Shown in pieces: positions 19,346 to 30,289 of a stretch of 64,000 nucleotides of DNA. Source of the stretch: Trypanosoma brucei (lineage: Eukaryota); contig CP000071.1 of assembly GCA_000002445.1 (NCBI GenBank), positions 1,088,001 to 1,152,000 on the forward strand, written 5' to 3'. The first letter of the stretch is position 1. The number at the start of each line of letters is the position of its first letter. Made by a program: the position numbers and the translations under genes. The notes under the pieces were generated by a model. The model was not told the origin of the DNA and did no database searches. It was given only the letters and a program-made list of their open reading frames with translations.

Positions 19346-22300
19346 TCAGCGAGGTGACATTTTTTCCTTATCTCCTCCCTGTCGCATTCCACCATGTGGT
19401 GGTGTCCGTGGCGTTATGCTCGGTGACCTTCCAGTTGGGAGACTCGGGGGATTTTTCCCAACAATCACTAAAGGACTGCTGTTCAAATTTTTGTTGGTGC
19501 GAAGCGTCGGGCATCCGGTGGTGCCAGTTCCTCTCCGCGTCCCCACGTGCCGGCGAGGTGTCAAAGACCCGGCGCGACGGCACAAACCAACACGTCCATC
19601 CTGCACGCCGCCACCTCTTGGAGACGAGGTTGTATTGAGATGTTCTACTAATAGTGAATACCTCATTAATGCAGACCGCGTTCTTGCACAAAATTCACCA
19701 AAGTTCCACGCCCTACTCAATCTGCGCAGCGCGTTGGGTCGCCTAGGCGACCTATTCCGGCGCCGTAGATTGGCAGAAGCAACGGGTAGTGCAAACAACG
19801 ACCGCCCGTGCAAAGATCTATCGTCTTTCAAACCGTGTCCACTTCCGGAAAGTATAAACTGCGGAGAGCTGATGCATCCATCACGCCATTCCCGTGGCAT
19901 GCCCTCGCAGTTGATATCAAATAGTTCCTTCCTTAAATTTTCGCAGTGCATGCTGAAACGCCAGAAGTTGCGGTATATATTAACCAAACTTTCTGCCACA
20001 GCGGTCCCAGGTGCACCGGTATAATCGTCCCCTGTAGGACCTTGCCCATCATCCAGCCCTTCTCCTGGCTCGGTGTGCCCCTGCCGTTGAGTCCACCTAA
20101 AGGGTTGGAGATTTCTGCCGTACCTTACGCTGCTCTTTTTTGAACTCACGGACTGGCCCCATGGTGGTGGGGATACCGGTGCAGTGCTCTCCGTATCGCT
20201 CAAATGTGCCACATTCTGAACTGACTGACGTGGTTTAAACAGGGAGGACCGATCGAAGGAGGCGGACTCTGCGCCAACAAGGGCTTGCAGTTTCTCTTTC
20301 AATGCGCTCCCCGGAGCTTCCCCATCGTTCAACTGTTGGCCACAACCACCAGAAAAGGGGATCTCGGAGCGGTCCCCACCACAGGAGGGCAATCTATGCA
20401 GCGGCGGTAAGGTTACACGGTCCCGCAGGTTCCTTCCGAGCCTAGCAACTGGACCTTCACTGACTGCACCCTCGTACAGATCAATACCTGTGGATTTTGC
20501 ACTAAATAGGCCCCTACCACGAGTGTCATTGCCAACTGCACCACCAGTTGCCCTGTACATCGTATTTGTCAGCGGTGATCCAGCATTATTGTCAGCAAGT
20601 CCGCTCATTGACGACAATAGCCGCTCACTGAGCCGCAGAAGAAGCTTCGTGTCGAGAGCCATCGCAGGTTGCCCTTCATGACCAGCAACGCGGCTCTCCT
20701 GACCGGCTTCGACTGATCCAGCTGAACCATGTCGTGCCAAAGACTCCAAAGCAGCAACCTCAGATTGCAACATGGGTTGCAAAGCTGGGTAGCAGCAACA
20801 TAACGCTCTAAGGAAGTCTCCGAGGGCCTCGTGATGACTCAAGTAGTTGGCGCAAGACTGATCCCCCCCTGAGTCAGTTGTGCTTCCTGTCCCACAAAAG
20901 GGTCTGTCATCCGCAAAAACATGCTCGCGTTGGGAATGTCGTTGTTGTCGCTGCCAGAGATGCTCCGCAGGAGTTGGCAAACGTGTACCGAAGTCCTGCG
21001 ACCCGTTTGCGTCCCCTGCATGCAGCGTCCCTGGTCCGATGGGTGAAAGCCTTTTAGACCTCTCACTGGCACCTGATCCTCGAAGACTTGCGATACTAAC
21101 TTGCCACGAAGGGGAAATCCTCCCGAGTCCAGAGAGGGAAGTACCATCAACAACTAAGGACCCCTTGCTGCATGGACGCTGAAGCCGCGATCCACTCTGG
21201 GAAACTGGTCGCGACCAATCACCAGAGTTAACGGTGCCACTAGTCATGGACTGCCCCTTACCCTCGCAAGGGGAAGTGAGCCCATCGGAGAGAGTCAATT
21301 GTCCGCTCTCAGCTAACTTCAAGTTACTGGGGACGCGAAACCCTGTTTGATGAGTTGATTGAGCCTCACTATCATGTTCCCGGAATCTTATAGAATTCAC
21401 CCTCCTCAGTGGCATTATTTGCTTGTCACCTTTAGCAGCTGAAGAGCTTTCAGCGAAGTGAGTGGGTCGACTCCTTGCTGACATTGCTATCCTTTTGGGT
21501 GCTTCCGCCCAACTTTTCCGCCTCTCGCCAAGTCCATGCGCCGCTGAAGATGTTCGACTCCTATGTAGGGGCTCTGAACCCCTCGTGCCACATAACCCAC
21601 CACTAGCGAAACTACTTTTCCTACTCAGCGCCTTTTTCCCTTCCGGCACACCCTTAGTGGACGCACCACCAACGTCTTTCTCGCCCCGCCTATCAACGAA
21701 ACTTTTTTCCAACACGGACTCTCTTGCTCTATGCAACTCTCTTTGAAGCCTAGCGCATTTATCTGAGAGTTGTCCAACTCCCCAAGAAACTTTTGATGTG
21801 CTTTTTAAGAGGGCCTCATACTTTTCGTTGCATAGGGATTCCCCGTTATTCCGCGCCCCTTGAAGAAGCGTCTCAATCGCGGATATTTCACTTTGCAAGG
21901 CATCAGCCTTTGCGGCGCCCAGCGCATCAAATTGTGATGTCGCTGACTCGGTTGCTGACTCAAGTAAAAAATCATCGGCATCATCCTCTGCAGCAGGCAC
22001 ATCGTGGTATGACATTAGCGCTGACTCAAGTAACTGCACGTGATTCAAGCGTCTCCTGTTGGGACTGGTCATGGCAAGAGTAGGTTTCCTTAGACGGGAT
22101 TTTGACAATGCACCTTGTTTTCCATTTGGTGACTTCTTACCCAGCTTCCTCCTGGGACGAGGTCTGTCGAACATTACACCGTGAGTCCCGCCGTGCTCCC
22201 TTGCCACCTCCATCAAGCGTTCCTTCAACATGTGAATCTGTTGTTCCTTTTTAAGATAATTGGGTGTGTCGGGACTGTTTCCCTGGTCAGACGATGCGCT

Positions 22301-23806
22301 GGATGAACATTCCCACGGACTACGGACAAGCTCTTGAGCGGCATGCAAGCGCTCATTCTCTTCGGTGAGGGCTGTCAATGTCTGTTCGTACTCTTCTTGT
22401 TTTGTCAGCAGCTCCGAAAGCTCCCGTTGGTACGCGGCTATTGCGGCAGATTCCAACTCTTCCGTTTCATCCAACAGGGTATCCTCATACACTTCGTCAT
22501 CATCCCACACTGAGGAAAAGGTCCTAATGGTGTCCCCAAAGGAAGACTCAAGCCTTTTAGGTTTCGCGTGCGATGCCGTTTTGTCCAAGCGTTTCGATCT
22601 CAACGCAGGTCTCATGACGCTACCCACGAAATCTTTTGGAATCCCCGGTCTTTTGCGGCAGCCTCCCATACGTGAACTACAAACTGACTCATTGAATGCC
22701 ACTTTGCAACCTCTTAAAGGTGATCTCAGCGTTGCTGCTCCATCCGCCCGACCCCGTGGTGACGTGCAGCCAATCCGTGACCCCTGCTGTCTTTTATCAA
22801 GCATCAAAAAATCATCGGAGGGCTCCTCATCGTCATACTGGTCCAATGTACTACCAAATGCGGTTTTCATAATAGCGTAGTTGCCTCCGGACAACTGCTG
22901 ACCCATGTCTGCCTGCCACCTCCCAACAGCTGAGGTAAACATTTCAGTGAAGAACGCAACCACTTTGTGATCGAAACAGCGGCAGAGTGCCAAATCACAC
23001 CCGGCGTTGTACACCTCCTTCAACGTTGGGGCATGCTTTGGGAAAACAACCATTCCAGGGAGCCGGCTTTGATAGCCAGCATGCATCATAACTGTAATGG
23101 TGAGCATCATGTTAAACTGACTTTCCAGGGAACGCAGCTGACAAATGATGTCGGGTAACACCTCGTGCGTATACGCATCGATAATAACCAGATAGGGTAT
23201 TACTTCGCTCGAGAGAGAGGCAGAGGCAGTCTCGATGTTGCTCGTGGATTTCGAGGTCTCCCCTGTGTTATCCGTCGATAATTCGCACACGTCACTGTCG
23301 ATGTCACGTGAGAAAGCGAAAGTCGTGTCCTTACTCGTTATATTGCCTTCCTCCGACGAAACCTTCTGCGACTTTGTCTGGGGCTTTACCGAGGCTGCAG
23401 AATGTTGGGCCTCACGGAGGATTCTCTCGGCCTCCAGGGCTTCTTGCCTCAACGCCTCGGAAGCCTCAAAACTCGTCTGCGCCTCCAATACCCTCCAGCG
23501 ATGCATAGCTAAGTGAGAAGACATTATGGCAAGCGTAAGCACGTTGCCTGATAACACCACACACGTTGCTGTGGAACGCCGCGTCAATTTTCGCCGGGCG
23601 TTCACCAATGCATCCACCTGCATTATGCGCTCATCGGAATCTGAAATGCCGTATAACAGAACCTCCCCATCCAAGGTGCCCATAAGTGAATGCTCATAGC
23701 CTTTGCTAACCTGATTTGCGATGCGCCCGGTGTCTTCCACTCTCTTGCACAGCTGCTGTATGTACTCCAGACAAACATGTTCATCCGTACCCACTGACTC
23801 GCTCAT
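19346..23806 (-). CDS. Large (about 1486 aa) S/R/G-rich hypothetical protein
   Basis: Long uninterrupted minus-strand ORF. The ORF-track start at 23971 reads through the (TA)n microsatellite and yields an IYIYIY peptide, so the start is trimmed to the first in-frame Met downstream (MSESVGTDEH, ATG at 23804-23806). There is a predicted coiled coil at about residues 500-560. No recognised catalytic domain. Confidence 0.55.
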   Translation of the reverse strand: MSESVGTDEHVCLEYIQQLCKRVEDTGRIANQVSKGYEHSLMGTLDGEVLLYGISDSDERIMQVDALVNARRKLTRRSTATCVVLSGNVLTLAIMSSHLAMHRWRVLEAQTSFEASEALRQEALEAERILREAQHSAASVKPQTKSQKVSSEEGNITSKDTTFAFSRDIDSDVCELSTDNTGETSKSTSNIETASASLSSEVIPYLVIIDAYTHEVLPDIICQLRSLESQFNMMLTITVMMHAGYQSRLPGMVVFPKHAPTLKEVYNAGCDLALCRCFDHKVVAFFTEMFTSAVGRWQADMGQQLSGGNYAIMKTAFGSTLDQYDDEEPSDDFLMLDKRQQGSRIGCTSPRGRADGAATLRSPLRGCKVAFNESVCSSRMGGCRKRPGIPKDFVGSVMRPALRSKRLDKTASHAKPKRLESSFGDTIRTFSSVWDDDEVYEDTLLDETEELESAAIAAYQRELSELLTKQEEYEQTLTALTEENERLHAAQELVRSPWECSSSASSDQGNSPDTPNYLKKEQQIHMLKERLMEVAREHGGTHGVMFDRPRPRRKLGKKSPNGKQGALSKSRLRKPTLAMTSPNRRRLNHVQLLESALMSYHDVPAAEDDADDFLLESATESATSQFDALGAAKADALQSEISAIETLLQGARNNGESLCNEKYEALLKSTSKVSWGVGQLSDKCARLQRELHRARESVLEKSFVDRRGEKDVGGASTKGVPEGKKALSRKSSFASGGLCGTRGSEPLHRSRTSSAAHGLGERRKSWAEAPKRIAMSARSRPTHFAESSSAAKGDKQIMPLRRVNSIRFREHDSEAQSTHQTGFRVPSNLKLAESGQLTLSDGLTSPCEGKGQSMTSGTVNSGDWSRPVSQSGSRLQRPCSKGSLVVDGTSLSGLGRISPSWQVSIASLRGSGASERSKRLSPIGPGTLHAGDANGSQDFGTRLPTPAEHLWQRQQRHSQREHVFADDRPFCGTGSTTDSGGDQSCANYLSHHEALGDFLRALCCCYPALQPMLQSEVAALESLARHGSAGSVEAGQESRVAGHEGQPAMALDTKLLLRLSERLLSSMSGLADNNAGSPLTNTMYRATGGAVGNDTRGRGLFSAKSTGIDLYEGAVSEGPVARLGRNLRDRVTLPPLHRLPSCGGDRSEIPFSGGCGQQLNDGEAPGSALKEKLQALVGAESASFDRSSLFKPRQSVQNVAHLSDTESTAPVSPPPWGQSVSSKKSSVRYGRNLQPFRWTQRQGHTEPGEGLDDGQGPTGDDYTGAPGTAVAESLVNIYRNFWRFSMHCENLRKELFDINCEGMPREWRDGCISSPQFILSGSGHGLKDDRSLHGRSLFALPVASANLRRRNRSPRRPNALRRLSRAWNFGEFCARTRSALMRYSLLVEHLNTTSSPRGGGVQDGRVGLCRRAGSLTPRRHVGTRRGTGTTGCPTLRTNKNLNSSPLVIVGKNPPSLPTGRSPSITPRTPPHGGMRQGGDKEKMSPR

Positions 23807-23824
23807 ATTTCCTACGGTACCACG

Positions 23825-23826
<2 letters not shown>

Positions 23827-23862
<36 letters not shown>
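23827..23862. repeat. (TA)18 microsatellite about 20 bp upstream of the predicted ATG of the 1486-aa gene
   Basis: Direct reading. It is the longest perfect TA tract in the window together with 60598..60632. Confidence 0.9.
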
Positions 23863-23866
<4 letters not shown>

Positions 23867-24355
23867 TTTTAACACCCACAAGAGGGAGAAGTTACAAGGT
23901 GACGCAGTGCAAAGCACCACGTCGATGTATTGCTGCGAACGACGGCACCTGAACTTGTCTCCAACAGGCAATGCAGCTCAATCGCGGGACAAAAGCCACA
24001 CGGTAGCGCAAGAACAGCTAAACAACCGTAGAATTTAGATGCGGAGAGAAATGTGCAAAGAAAAAAGAAGAGGTTAGAGCATAAACTAGCGTGGAAGCCA
24101 ACATTCACCAAACATAATGGCGGTACACCGTTCACAAGCGGTGTGGCACAGCAGGATAGAGAAAGGGGCACAAGAATATATGTAACCGAAAAGAGTGCAT
24201 TCGAAGAATTGGCAAGATGACGCGTCCCCTCTGTATCGCTGCTCGTCTCATGTAAATGAAACTAATTCCAAATGTGAGACGACGAACGGCCGAAGTAATG
24301 AGCGAAGCAACTCCGCTTACCCCTCCCCTCCTACTGGAATGTTAAAGATAACCAT

Positions 24356-26725
24356 TTACTGTTGCTCGCATGCCGGGATGCTGCGCAACCCATCGGATGC
24401 GTTCGTCTCATCCTTCGCGCCGTCCCCGTTGTCCGTAAGCCCCTTATTAAGCCACGCAGCGAGTGGCCCCACCGCGTTGTCGTCCTTTACGAACGCAAAA
24501 CATGCGCCGCGAGGAGCAGCTCCTCCTGCAGGGGCAGAAGCTGCGTCCTCACCGCACTTTTTGCTTTTGTTCGTGTCGTTTGAAGAACCGGCGACCACGA
24601 CGACTATGAGGCTGTTGTGCGGCGCTGCTTGAACAACTTGCATGACGTGGCGATTGGTTTCATCAACTCGTTCCCTCTGCAGTTCCTCCCATGACGGGGT
24701 TTCCTCGTTCGCTACCTCAGCGTTTTTTGGCACAACGGTCTGGGTGAGTTGCACCCACGTCAAGGCATATGAAACTGCTACGTCATCACCTGCATCTTTT
24801 GGTGCATTACGACGCTTCTCTAAGCACCGTACTGCTTTCCGTACCGCGTCACCGTCGTGCCGTACGGGTACCGCATTAACTGCCACTCCCCCTTTACCCC
24901 TATTGTTAGGAACGATATCGCTAAGAACGCAGGCGTCGTCAAACAGGTTTAACTCAACGGAAATAGGTGAATTTACAGTGGGAGGACCACCCTGTCGCTC
25001 GTCACTGGCCTCCCCAGTCACTGACACCTCCTCCATAAGCTTCAATACGTTTACTCTCGTGTGCAGCCCGAAGTCCGGGCCATGCTGCATCTTTAGGTAC
25101 ACCAGCTCCGCACTGGTACAAGCATCTATCTCACTGTCGTGTGAGCCCTGTTGAATGCTTTTCTTTAGGTATCGCAAAGCAAGGTACCTTAAAGAGTTTT
25201 TACAGGGTAGCCCGCTCGGGTGCGGAAACAAATGAGCGGTGTCCAACAGCCAGCAGTTTGGCAGCATTTTACATGCACGCAAGTCGTTTTCAAGGCTATG
25301 ACCAACAAGAAAGGCGTCCTTTGTGACGTACCGCTTGAGTTTCTGCTGACAGTCCTTCAACGTGGTAGTCACGCCCTCGAGCATACCACTGTCGATGCCA
25401 CTAAATCGTGTAACGTAGTCAACCACTTCTTCGTCTGGCTTCACCAAAGTGTCCACAACGACACTGGACGCACGCACATCAACAAGCGTGACGCGTGCCA
25501 GGGCACTCACATTGTTTTTTACGAGTACCATTTCACAGTCAAGGGCGAAAACGTTCGGAAGTGAGTTTTTTGTTTTGTCTGCACAATTTGCATCCGCTGC
25601 ACTGCCGACTGCATCAAAAGATTCCCATGTAGACGGCTCATCATGGTCCGGTACCCCCACGGCAAAGCCTAAAGCTTCTAAAGTCGCTTTATCTCTCTCA
25701 AGAGAAAGCGCGTACTTTAAAAGCAGATCTCGGTCATCCCACAACGACGGTCCTCCGCCAGGTGGTGATGATAACACCTTCAAAGACTCAAGGGGCGTTG
25801 GGAGTTTGTCGTCACTCTGAGCGCTACTGGTGTTTGACGTGCCATTAGCTATTGTTAGTGCCCGATTAAAAAGCGCTCCCACCCCTCTGGGTGCAGATGA
25901 ATCGGTTCCGCTACTTCTATTCTCTCCCTTAGTTGCAGCCGCACGGGCGCCATTGCTCTGCTGTTCACCTTCCTGTGAGTGCTGCCCTCCCACTGGTGTT
26001 GCGGGTTTGCCGCCTCGCCAAAATATATCCCGCTCGACTCTCGAGTTACCCTCTTGCACAATCATAGGTGCGAACTGCACGCCGCATTCCGGTCGGGCCC
26101 AGCACTGCTGTTGGCGTATTGGGCACAACATTGCCCGACCAATGCTCTCTGAACATTGTCTTTCCACCGTATTTCGTTGTGTCGCACCCTTTTCGTCATT
26201 ACCTTCTCGTGGCCGCTTTCCGTTCTTTCCTTTTAACGAGGACTTGTTGCCCTGTGCTCCGTTGGCTGTGTTTTGGATTGCGGGAGCAGCGGTTGCGCCC
26301 AGTAGCATTTCATCGTGTGTCCACCCATTCACGTATAAGACAACAACATCGCGGAGTTTCGATCTGTTCTTGACGAAAATTACACGCGGGCCTTCAACGA
26401 GCGGTACCGGTGATGGTACTGACCACAACAGCAGTGTGCCAATATCACGAGGATAAAAACAGCCACCGCGCCGCTTTTCTGCGGCGGGTTGGAAGTAAAT
26501 CTCCACAGTGCTGAAGTGCTCGGTGATAGCAGCAGCAACGCCCTTTTCCCCATCCTTTTCTCCTTCTTGTGACTGCAGTGGTTGTGCTTCCGAAGTGTTT
26601 GGCTCACCTGCAGCGTTCATCACACCTTCAACAGGTGCTTCGCGAGCACCCTCATTACTTCCCGTTGTTGCATCTGGCCCCCCTGGTCGCTTTACTGTGG
26701 AAGCTGAACACTTTCGGCGTCCCAT
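24356..26725 (-). CDS. DEDDh-family 3'-5' RNA exonuclease (REX1/REXO-like) with a long N-terminal extension
   Basis: 789-aa ORF. Exo I FALDCEMV, Exo II LVGHSLENDL and Exo III GSHDSEIDACTSAEL motifs lie in the central-to-C-terminal region, after a roughly 380-aa low-complexity N-terminus. Confidence 0.7.
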   Translation of the reverse strand: MGRRKCSASTVKRPGGPDATTGSNEGAREAPVEGVMNAAGEPNTSEAQPLQSQEGEKDGEKGVAAAITEHFSTVEIYFQPAAEKRRGGCFYPRDIGTLLLWSVPSPVPLVEGPRVIFVKNRSKLRDVVVLYVNGWTHDEMLLGATAAPAIQNTANGAQGNKSSLKGKNGKRPREGNDEKGATQRNTVERQCSESIGRAMLCPIRQQQCWARPECGVQFAPMIVQEGNSRVERDIFWRGGKPATPVGGQHSQEGEQQSNGARAAATKGENRSSGTDSSAPRGVGALFNRALTIANGTSNTSSAQSDDKLPTPLESLKVLSSPPGGGPSLWDDRDLLLKYALSLERDKATLEALGFAVGVPDHDEPSTWESFDAVGSAADANCADKTKNSLPNVFALDCEMVLVKNNVSALARVTLVDVRASSVVVDTLVKPDEEVVDYVTRFSGIDSGMLEGVTTTLKDCQQKLKRYVTKDAFLVGHSLENDLRACKMLPNCWLLDTAHLFPHPSGLPCKNSLRYLALRYLKKSIQQGSHDSEIDACTSAELVYLKMQHGPDFGLHTRVNVLKLMEEVSVTGEASDERQGGPPTVNSPISVELNLFDDACVLSDIVPNNRGKGGVAVNAVPVRHDGDAVRKAVRCLEKRRNAPKDAGDDVAVSYALTWVQLTQTVVPKNAEVANEETPSWEELQRERVDETNRHVMQVVQAAPHNSLIVVVVAGSSNDTNKSKKCGEDAASAPAGGAAPRGACFAFVKDDNAVGPLAAWLNKGLTDNGDGAKDETNASDGLRSIPACEQQ

Positions 26726-27120
26726 GAAGTCCTTTCCCTTCGTTACTCTCCTTTGATGTATGAACCGCTACTTGATGATGGATAGTGCTCGGATCGGTAC
26801 CAACAACTGCCACAGGAGCAGTGATAGCTTACGGTGTTGTGATACTTAAAAAAAAAAAAAACAAGCGATCTCGACACAACGCAACTTCTCCACAGGTGGC
26901 TCACTTTTTTTTTGTTGTTGTTGTGCGTACAAACGCAATCAGGTGAGAAAAAGGGATGCTTCTAAGGCTAGGGAGTTCTTTTACTTCCAGTGTCCTTTCC
27001 CGCCGTGCGTAATGCCCTGTGTGTATACGTCAATGAATAGCAACAACAGCAACAAAAGACAGAGAGGTATCAAGGATAAAAGAGCTGCACCACCAAAGTG
27101 AAGGATAACAAAGCACCACC

Positions 27121-27250
27121 ACGAAACAGTTGCGACAACCCACTGGCAACACGAAAAGATTTGAAGTGCAAAAAAGAAAAAAAATGAAGTTCGAAGGCAT
27201 TCAAAGGAAAGCATCGTTTTTTTTCTTTTCTTCTTCAGAGTTCTCTCAAG
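27121..27250 (-). promoter_or_regulatory. Candidate polypyrimidine tract (minus strand) and trans-splice acceptor region for the exonuclease mRNA
   Basis: Plus-strand purine-rich block aaaagaaaaaaaatgaag...ggaggggggaaaaaacc, 400-520 nt upstream of the ATG at 26725. Confidence 0.3.
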
Positions 27251-27379
27251 GAGGGGGGAAAAAACCACGAAGGCGGTAAGGAAACGATTGTAATTGTAAG
27301 AAGAAACTTAGAAAGTTATAAAACGCTGTTTGGATAAAGCAAAACGGAAATTATCCGCCCTTATATAGCATTCGGCCGA

Positions 27380-28474
27380 TCAGATAGTCAGTGGGTTTCG
27401 CCACTGCGCACCACCGGGATTTTCTCCTGCTGGTGACTTACTGCGGCGTTCCCCGAGTTGTGGGGCCTCCGAGTCCGGGGCTCGACGTTCGCTTTTGGAA
27501 GCAGCCCGCTTTCCTGACGCACGGGACCGCTTGCTGTTGTTCCTCTTTTTCTCCTTATCAGCCTTCTTATTCTTCTTTTTATCTTTACTTGAAGACTTCA
27601 TGGAGGAGCTTCCTTTGGATGAGCTCCGACGGAGCGAGTCGTGGCGGCTTACATTGCTACTACCGGCAGCATCCTCGTTAAGAAAGAGGGAACCCTTTTC
27701 ATCTCCTCTCCTCCTCCTAGAAATCGCGCCGAGGCCAGCCACAATACTATACATCCAAAGCTGCTCGATGCGTGTCATAAGCAACACTAACACTATTGCT
27801 CCAAACATCCAGCCGCAGTCCGCCGCGGTTATAAAAATGTTGGAATCGATGCCAGTAAAAAAAGCCATAGACTCGTAGTAGTACATAACGGGGAGTGGGG
27901 GTCCTTTCGCCATGTCATAAGCGGCGTAAAGTGTGTAACTGACTCCAGAGGCTGAGTTGGTCATTTCACCCCCTTTACCTGCTTTCTGCGCTACATAGGC
28001 AAGAAGATGTTGTGCTGCCCACCCTGGCATAGATACAACTGCTGCCACGTAAAATTTTCCGGATCGAATACTACTATTTACCAGTCCCTCAGATGAAAAG
28101 GAACTTGTGCCCCGGCGAAACTTAAACAAACCGCTACTATTCTTATGACCGAACAGCCGGTCCAATCCCCTTTCAATATCACCGCTGGACAACGGGTACG
28201 TGTTGCCCCTCTTTTTCCCTGATTTGGTTGTGAGCCATAACTCAACATCCACGACATCAATGGCTGTGTAGAGGCAGTTGGGGAGAAGATAATCGCCAAA
28301 ACAAACACATTGGCACCGCGGGTTCTCCCTCTCCACCACGCCGTAATGGCAATCACATGTTGGCTGGGCATAAGGTCTGGGAGGTGAGAATACGAAGCCA
28401 ACGAGGCACACCATGCAAATAGCCTGAACAACAAAACAAATTTGTAGGCGTTTACCGCCACAGCATGCTTTCAT
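27380..28474 (-). CDS. Hypothetical membrane protein: Cys-rich N-terminal region, TM segment, highly basic S/K-rich C-tail
   Basis: 364-aa ORF. Hydrophobic N-terminus (signal-peptide-like) and Cys cluster CDCHYGV...CQCVCFGDYLLPNC. TM segment WMFGAIVLVLLMT. C-tail KSSSKDKKKNKKADKEKKRNNSKRSR. Confidence 0.4.
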   Translation of the reverse strand: MKACCGGKRLQICFVVQAICMVCLVGFVFSPPRPYAQPTCDCHYGVVERENPRCQCVCFGDYLLPNCLYTAIDVVDVELWLTTKSGKKRGNTYPLSSGDIERGLDRLFGHKNSSGLFKFRRGTSSFSSEGLVNSSIRSGKFYVAAVVSMPGWAAQHLLAYVAQKAGKGGEMTNSASGVSYTLYAAYDMAKGPPLPVMYYYESMAFFTGIDSNIFITAADCGWMFGAIVLVLLMTRIEQLWMYSIVAGLGAISRRRRGDEKGSLFLNEDAAGSSNVSRHDSLRRSSSKGSSSMKSSSKDKKKNKKADKEKKRNNSKRSRASGKRAASKSERRAPDSEAPQLGERRSKSPAGENPGGAQWRNPLTI

Positions 28475-28898
28475 CTAAATTAGTGACTGGTTGCCTCCTA
28501 ACTATCTAAATGCTTCCTTGATCCCACCGTGTCACTATTTGATCTCCTTTTCGTCTCGTCTTTAAGAGAATATCCTTTTCGTTGGTTTGTGGCTCCTTGT
28601 GCGTTTGTCTTTTTAGCTCTCCACCCCTTCCCTGCCTTCACCTTAAAAAAAAAAAACTTTCCGCAATGCGGGCCGCTTTTTGTTTTTGTTGTTGTCTCTG
28701 CCCTGTAATGGCGTTTTCCTGCAGCTGACTGTTTTCCTGCGGCGCCAGGGTTAACAATAATAAAGGAAACAAGGACAGACGGCAACGGGGGAACCTTCAA
28801 GGATACGGATGAAAGTTATAAGTAAAAAGGGGGGAAAAGAGGGGAGTTGAAATGAAAAAAAAAACAAATACAATTACAAATCCGGAAGCACAACTGCA

Positions 28899-28914
28899 CA
28901 CCCACACCCACACC

Positions 28915-28947
<33 letters not shown>

Positions 28948-28948
28948 G
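28899..28948. repeat. Compound (CCCACA)n-(CA)n-(TA)n microsatellite
   Basis: cacccacacccacacccacacacacacacacacatatatatatatatatg. Confidence 0.9.
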
Positions 28949-29297
28949 AGGCGGTGGAATTTCATCAAAGGAACGCAGGGAGAGGGAACAGAAACGACTG
29001 AGACGACAAACATCAATCTCAACCTCTTTCAAAGCAAAGCAGACATTATCCTCTGCTATTCGTAAGTAAGTGCAAATGTACTTCCTTCCATCACCCCAAG
29101 GGGGAAAAAAAACAATCTATTCCCCTTCTTTTCCTGTAGTCTTACATCCTCTTTTCCTTTTTTTTTTTGCATACGCTGAATGCACACCAGATAATCGAGG
29201 GAGTAAAGGTATGAGGGGGAGGTGGAGTATGACCACCTCTTTGTTTCCCCCCTCTCTGTCTTTTTTACTTCAAGAATATTTATAAAACAACATTTAA

Positions 29298-29316
29298 ATA
29301 TATATATATATATATG
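29298..29316. repeat. (TA)n microsatellite followed by the same TGAGGCGGTGG motif found after the 28932-28948 TA tract
   Basis: atatatatatatatatgaggcggtgg occurs twice, about 365 bp apart. Confidence 0.8.
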
Positions 29317-29902
29317 AGGCGGTGGGAGACGTAATGCTGTTGGCTCGATCAAAGCAATACCAGCTGTCGTAACTGTCATCGTAATTGCGTGGCTCAAACC
29401 CTAAAACAATTTATTTTTCCTTCCCCTCCCCCCCTCCTTAAGGATAATTTGTTGGATAAATTTAATGCGCACACGCCCTCTGCGGTTTGTAAAGGAGCAT
29501 TCGAGACACCTTTTAATATTGCAGAAATAGTGGTTGCATCGTGAAGCAATCATAGAAGAGGAATGGGGTGGGAGGGGGAAAAAAAGCAAGAAAAAAAAGT
29601 AAATTCGTGGGTCAAAGCTAATGAGGAGAGAAAGCAAAGAGATAAAGGTATAAAAATGTTGGGAAAAGTAGAAATAAAGGAGTGAGTGGAAGATCCCTCC
29701 TCTTCCTTCCTTCTTTTTTTGTTTTTTTTTGTCAAAGAAGAAAAAAAACTTAATTAGTGAGCGCTTACGCTAACGCAATCAGTGCTAAAATCCCAACCAT
29801 ATCCCTAAAACCATATATACACTCACCACCACCAGAAACCCCCCCCTCCTCCCCAATTGAGCAACCAAAGCAAACTTCCAAAGCCCACACTGTGGAGGGA
29901 GT

Positions 29903-30289
29903 TTAACTCTTATTAGCTATTACCTGTCCAACTATATTCATAATACTAAGCACGATCATAAATACACCAATAATGCAACTCGCCACTTCCTCCCCCAGCA
30001 GCAAACCACCCATGAATAAATAAAGAAAAGCACGGCCAACATATGATAGGAGAAACTTTACCATTTCATTGTGTTCCATCATTCCCAATTCAGCCGACGG
30101 CATGATCACAGCAAAGAAAGTCACATATAAGCGCGCTATGAAAACGCGGGCTGCGTCAATATTCTCCACGGTATACCACATAACTTTGTATAATGTCATT
30201 GTACCACTGGCAGCGGCACCAACAATACCCATAATCATCAATGCCAGTTGGAAACTATTTTTGCCGCTCATAGGTTGCAAGTCACTCAT
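29903..30289 (-). CDS. Small (128 aa) multi-pass membrane protein, about 4 TM helices (TVP15/COPI-associated-like or TMEM-like). Family uncertain.
   Basis: Compact ORF between two (TA)n-containing spacers with four hydrophobic segments: IMGIVGAAASG, YVTFFAVIMP, AFLYLFMGGLLL, IIGVFMIVLSIMNIVG. Confidence 0.4.
   Translation of the reverse strand: MSDLQPMSGKNSFQLALMIMGIVGAAASGTMTLYKVMWYTVENIDAARVFIARLYVTFFAVIMPSAELGMMEHNEMVKFLLSYVGRAFLYLFMGGLLLGEEVASCIIGVFMIVLSIMNIVGQVIANKS

Noticed and set aside
23807-23971. N-terminal 55 residues of the ORF-track call 19346..23971 (…KIHIYIYIYIYIYILRGTVGN)
   Set aside because: This segment is the translation of the (TA)18 microsatellite and its flanks. The start was trimmed to the first Met downstream (23806).
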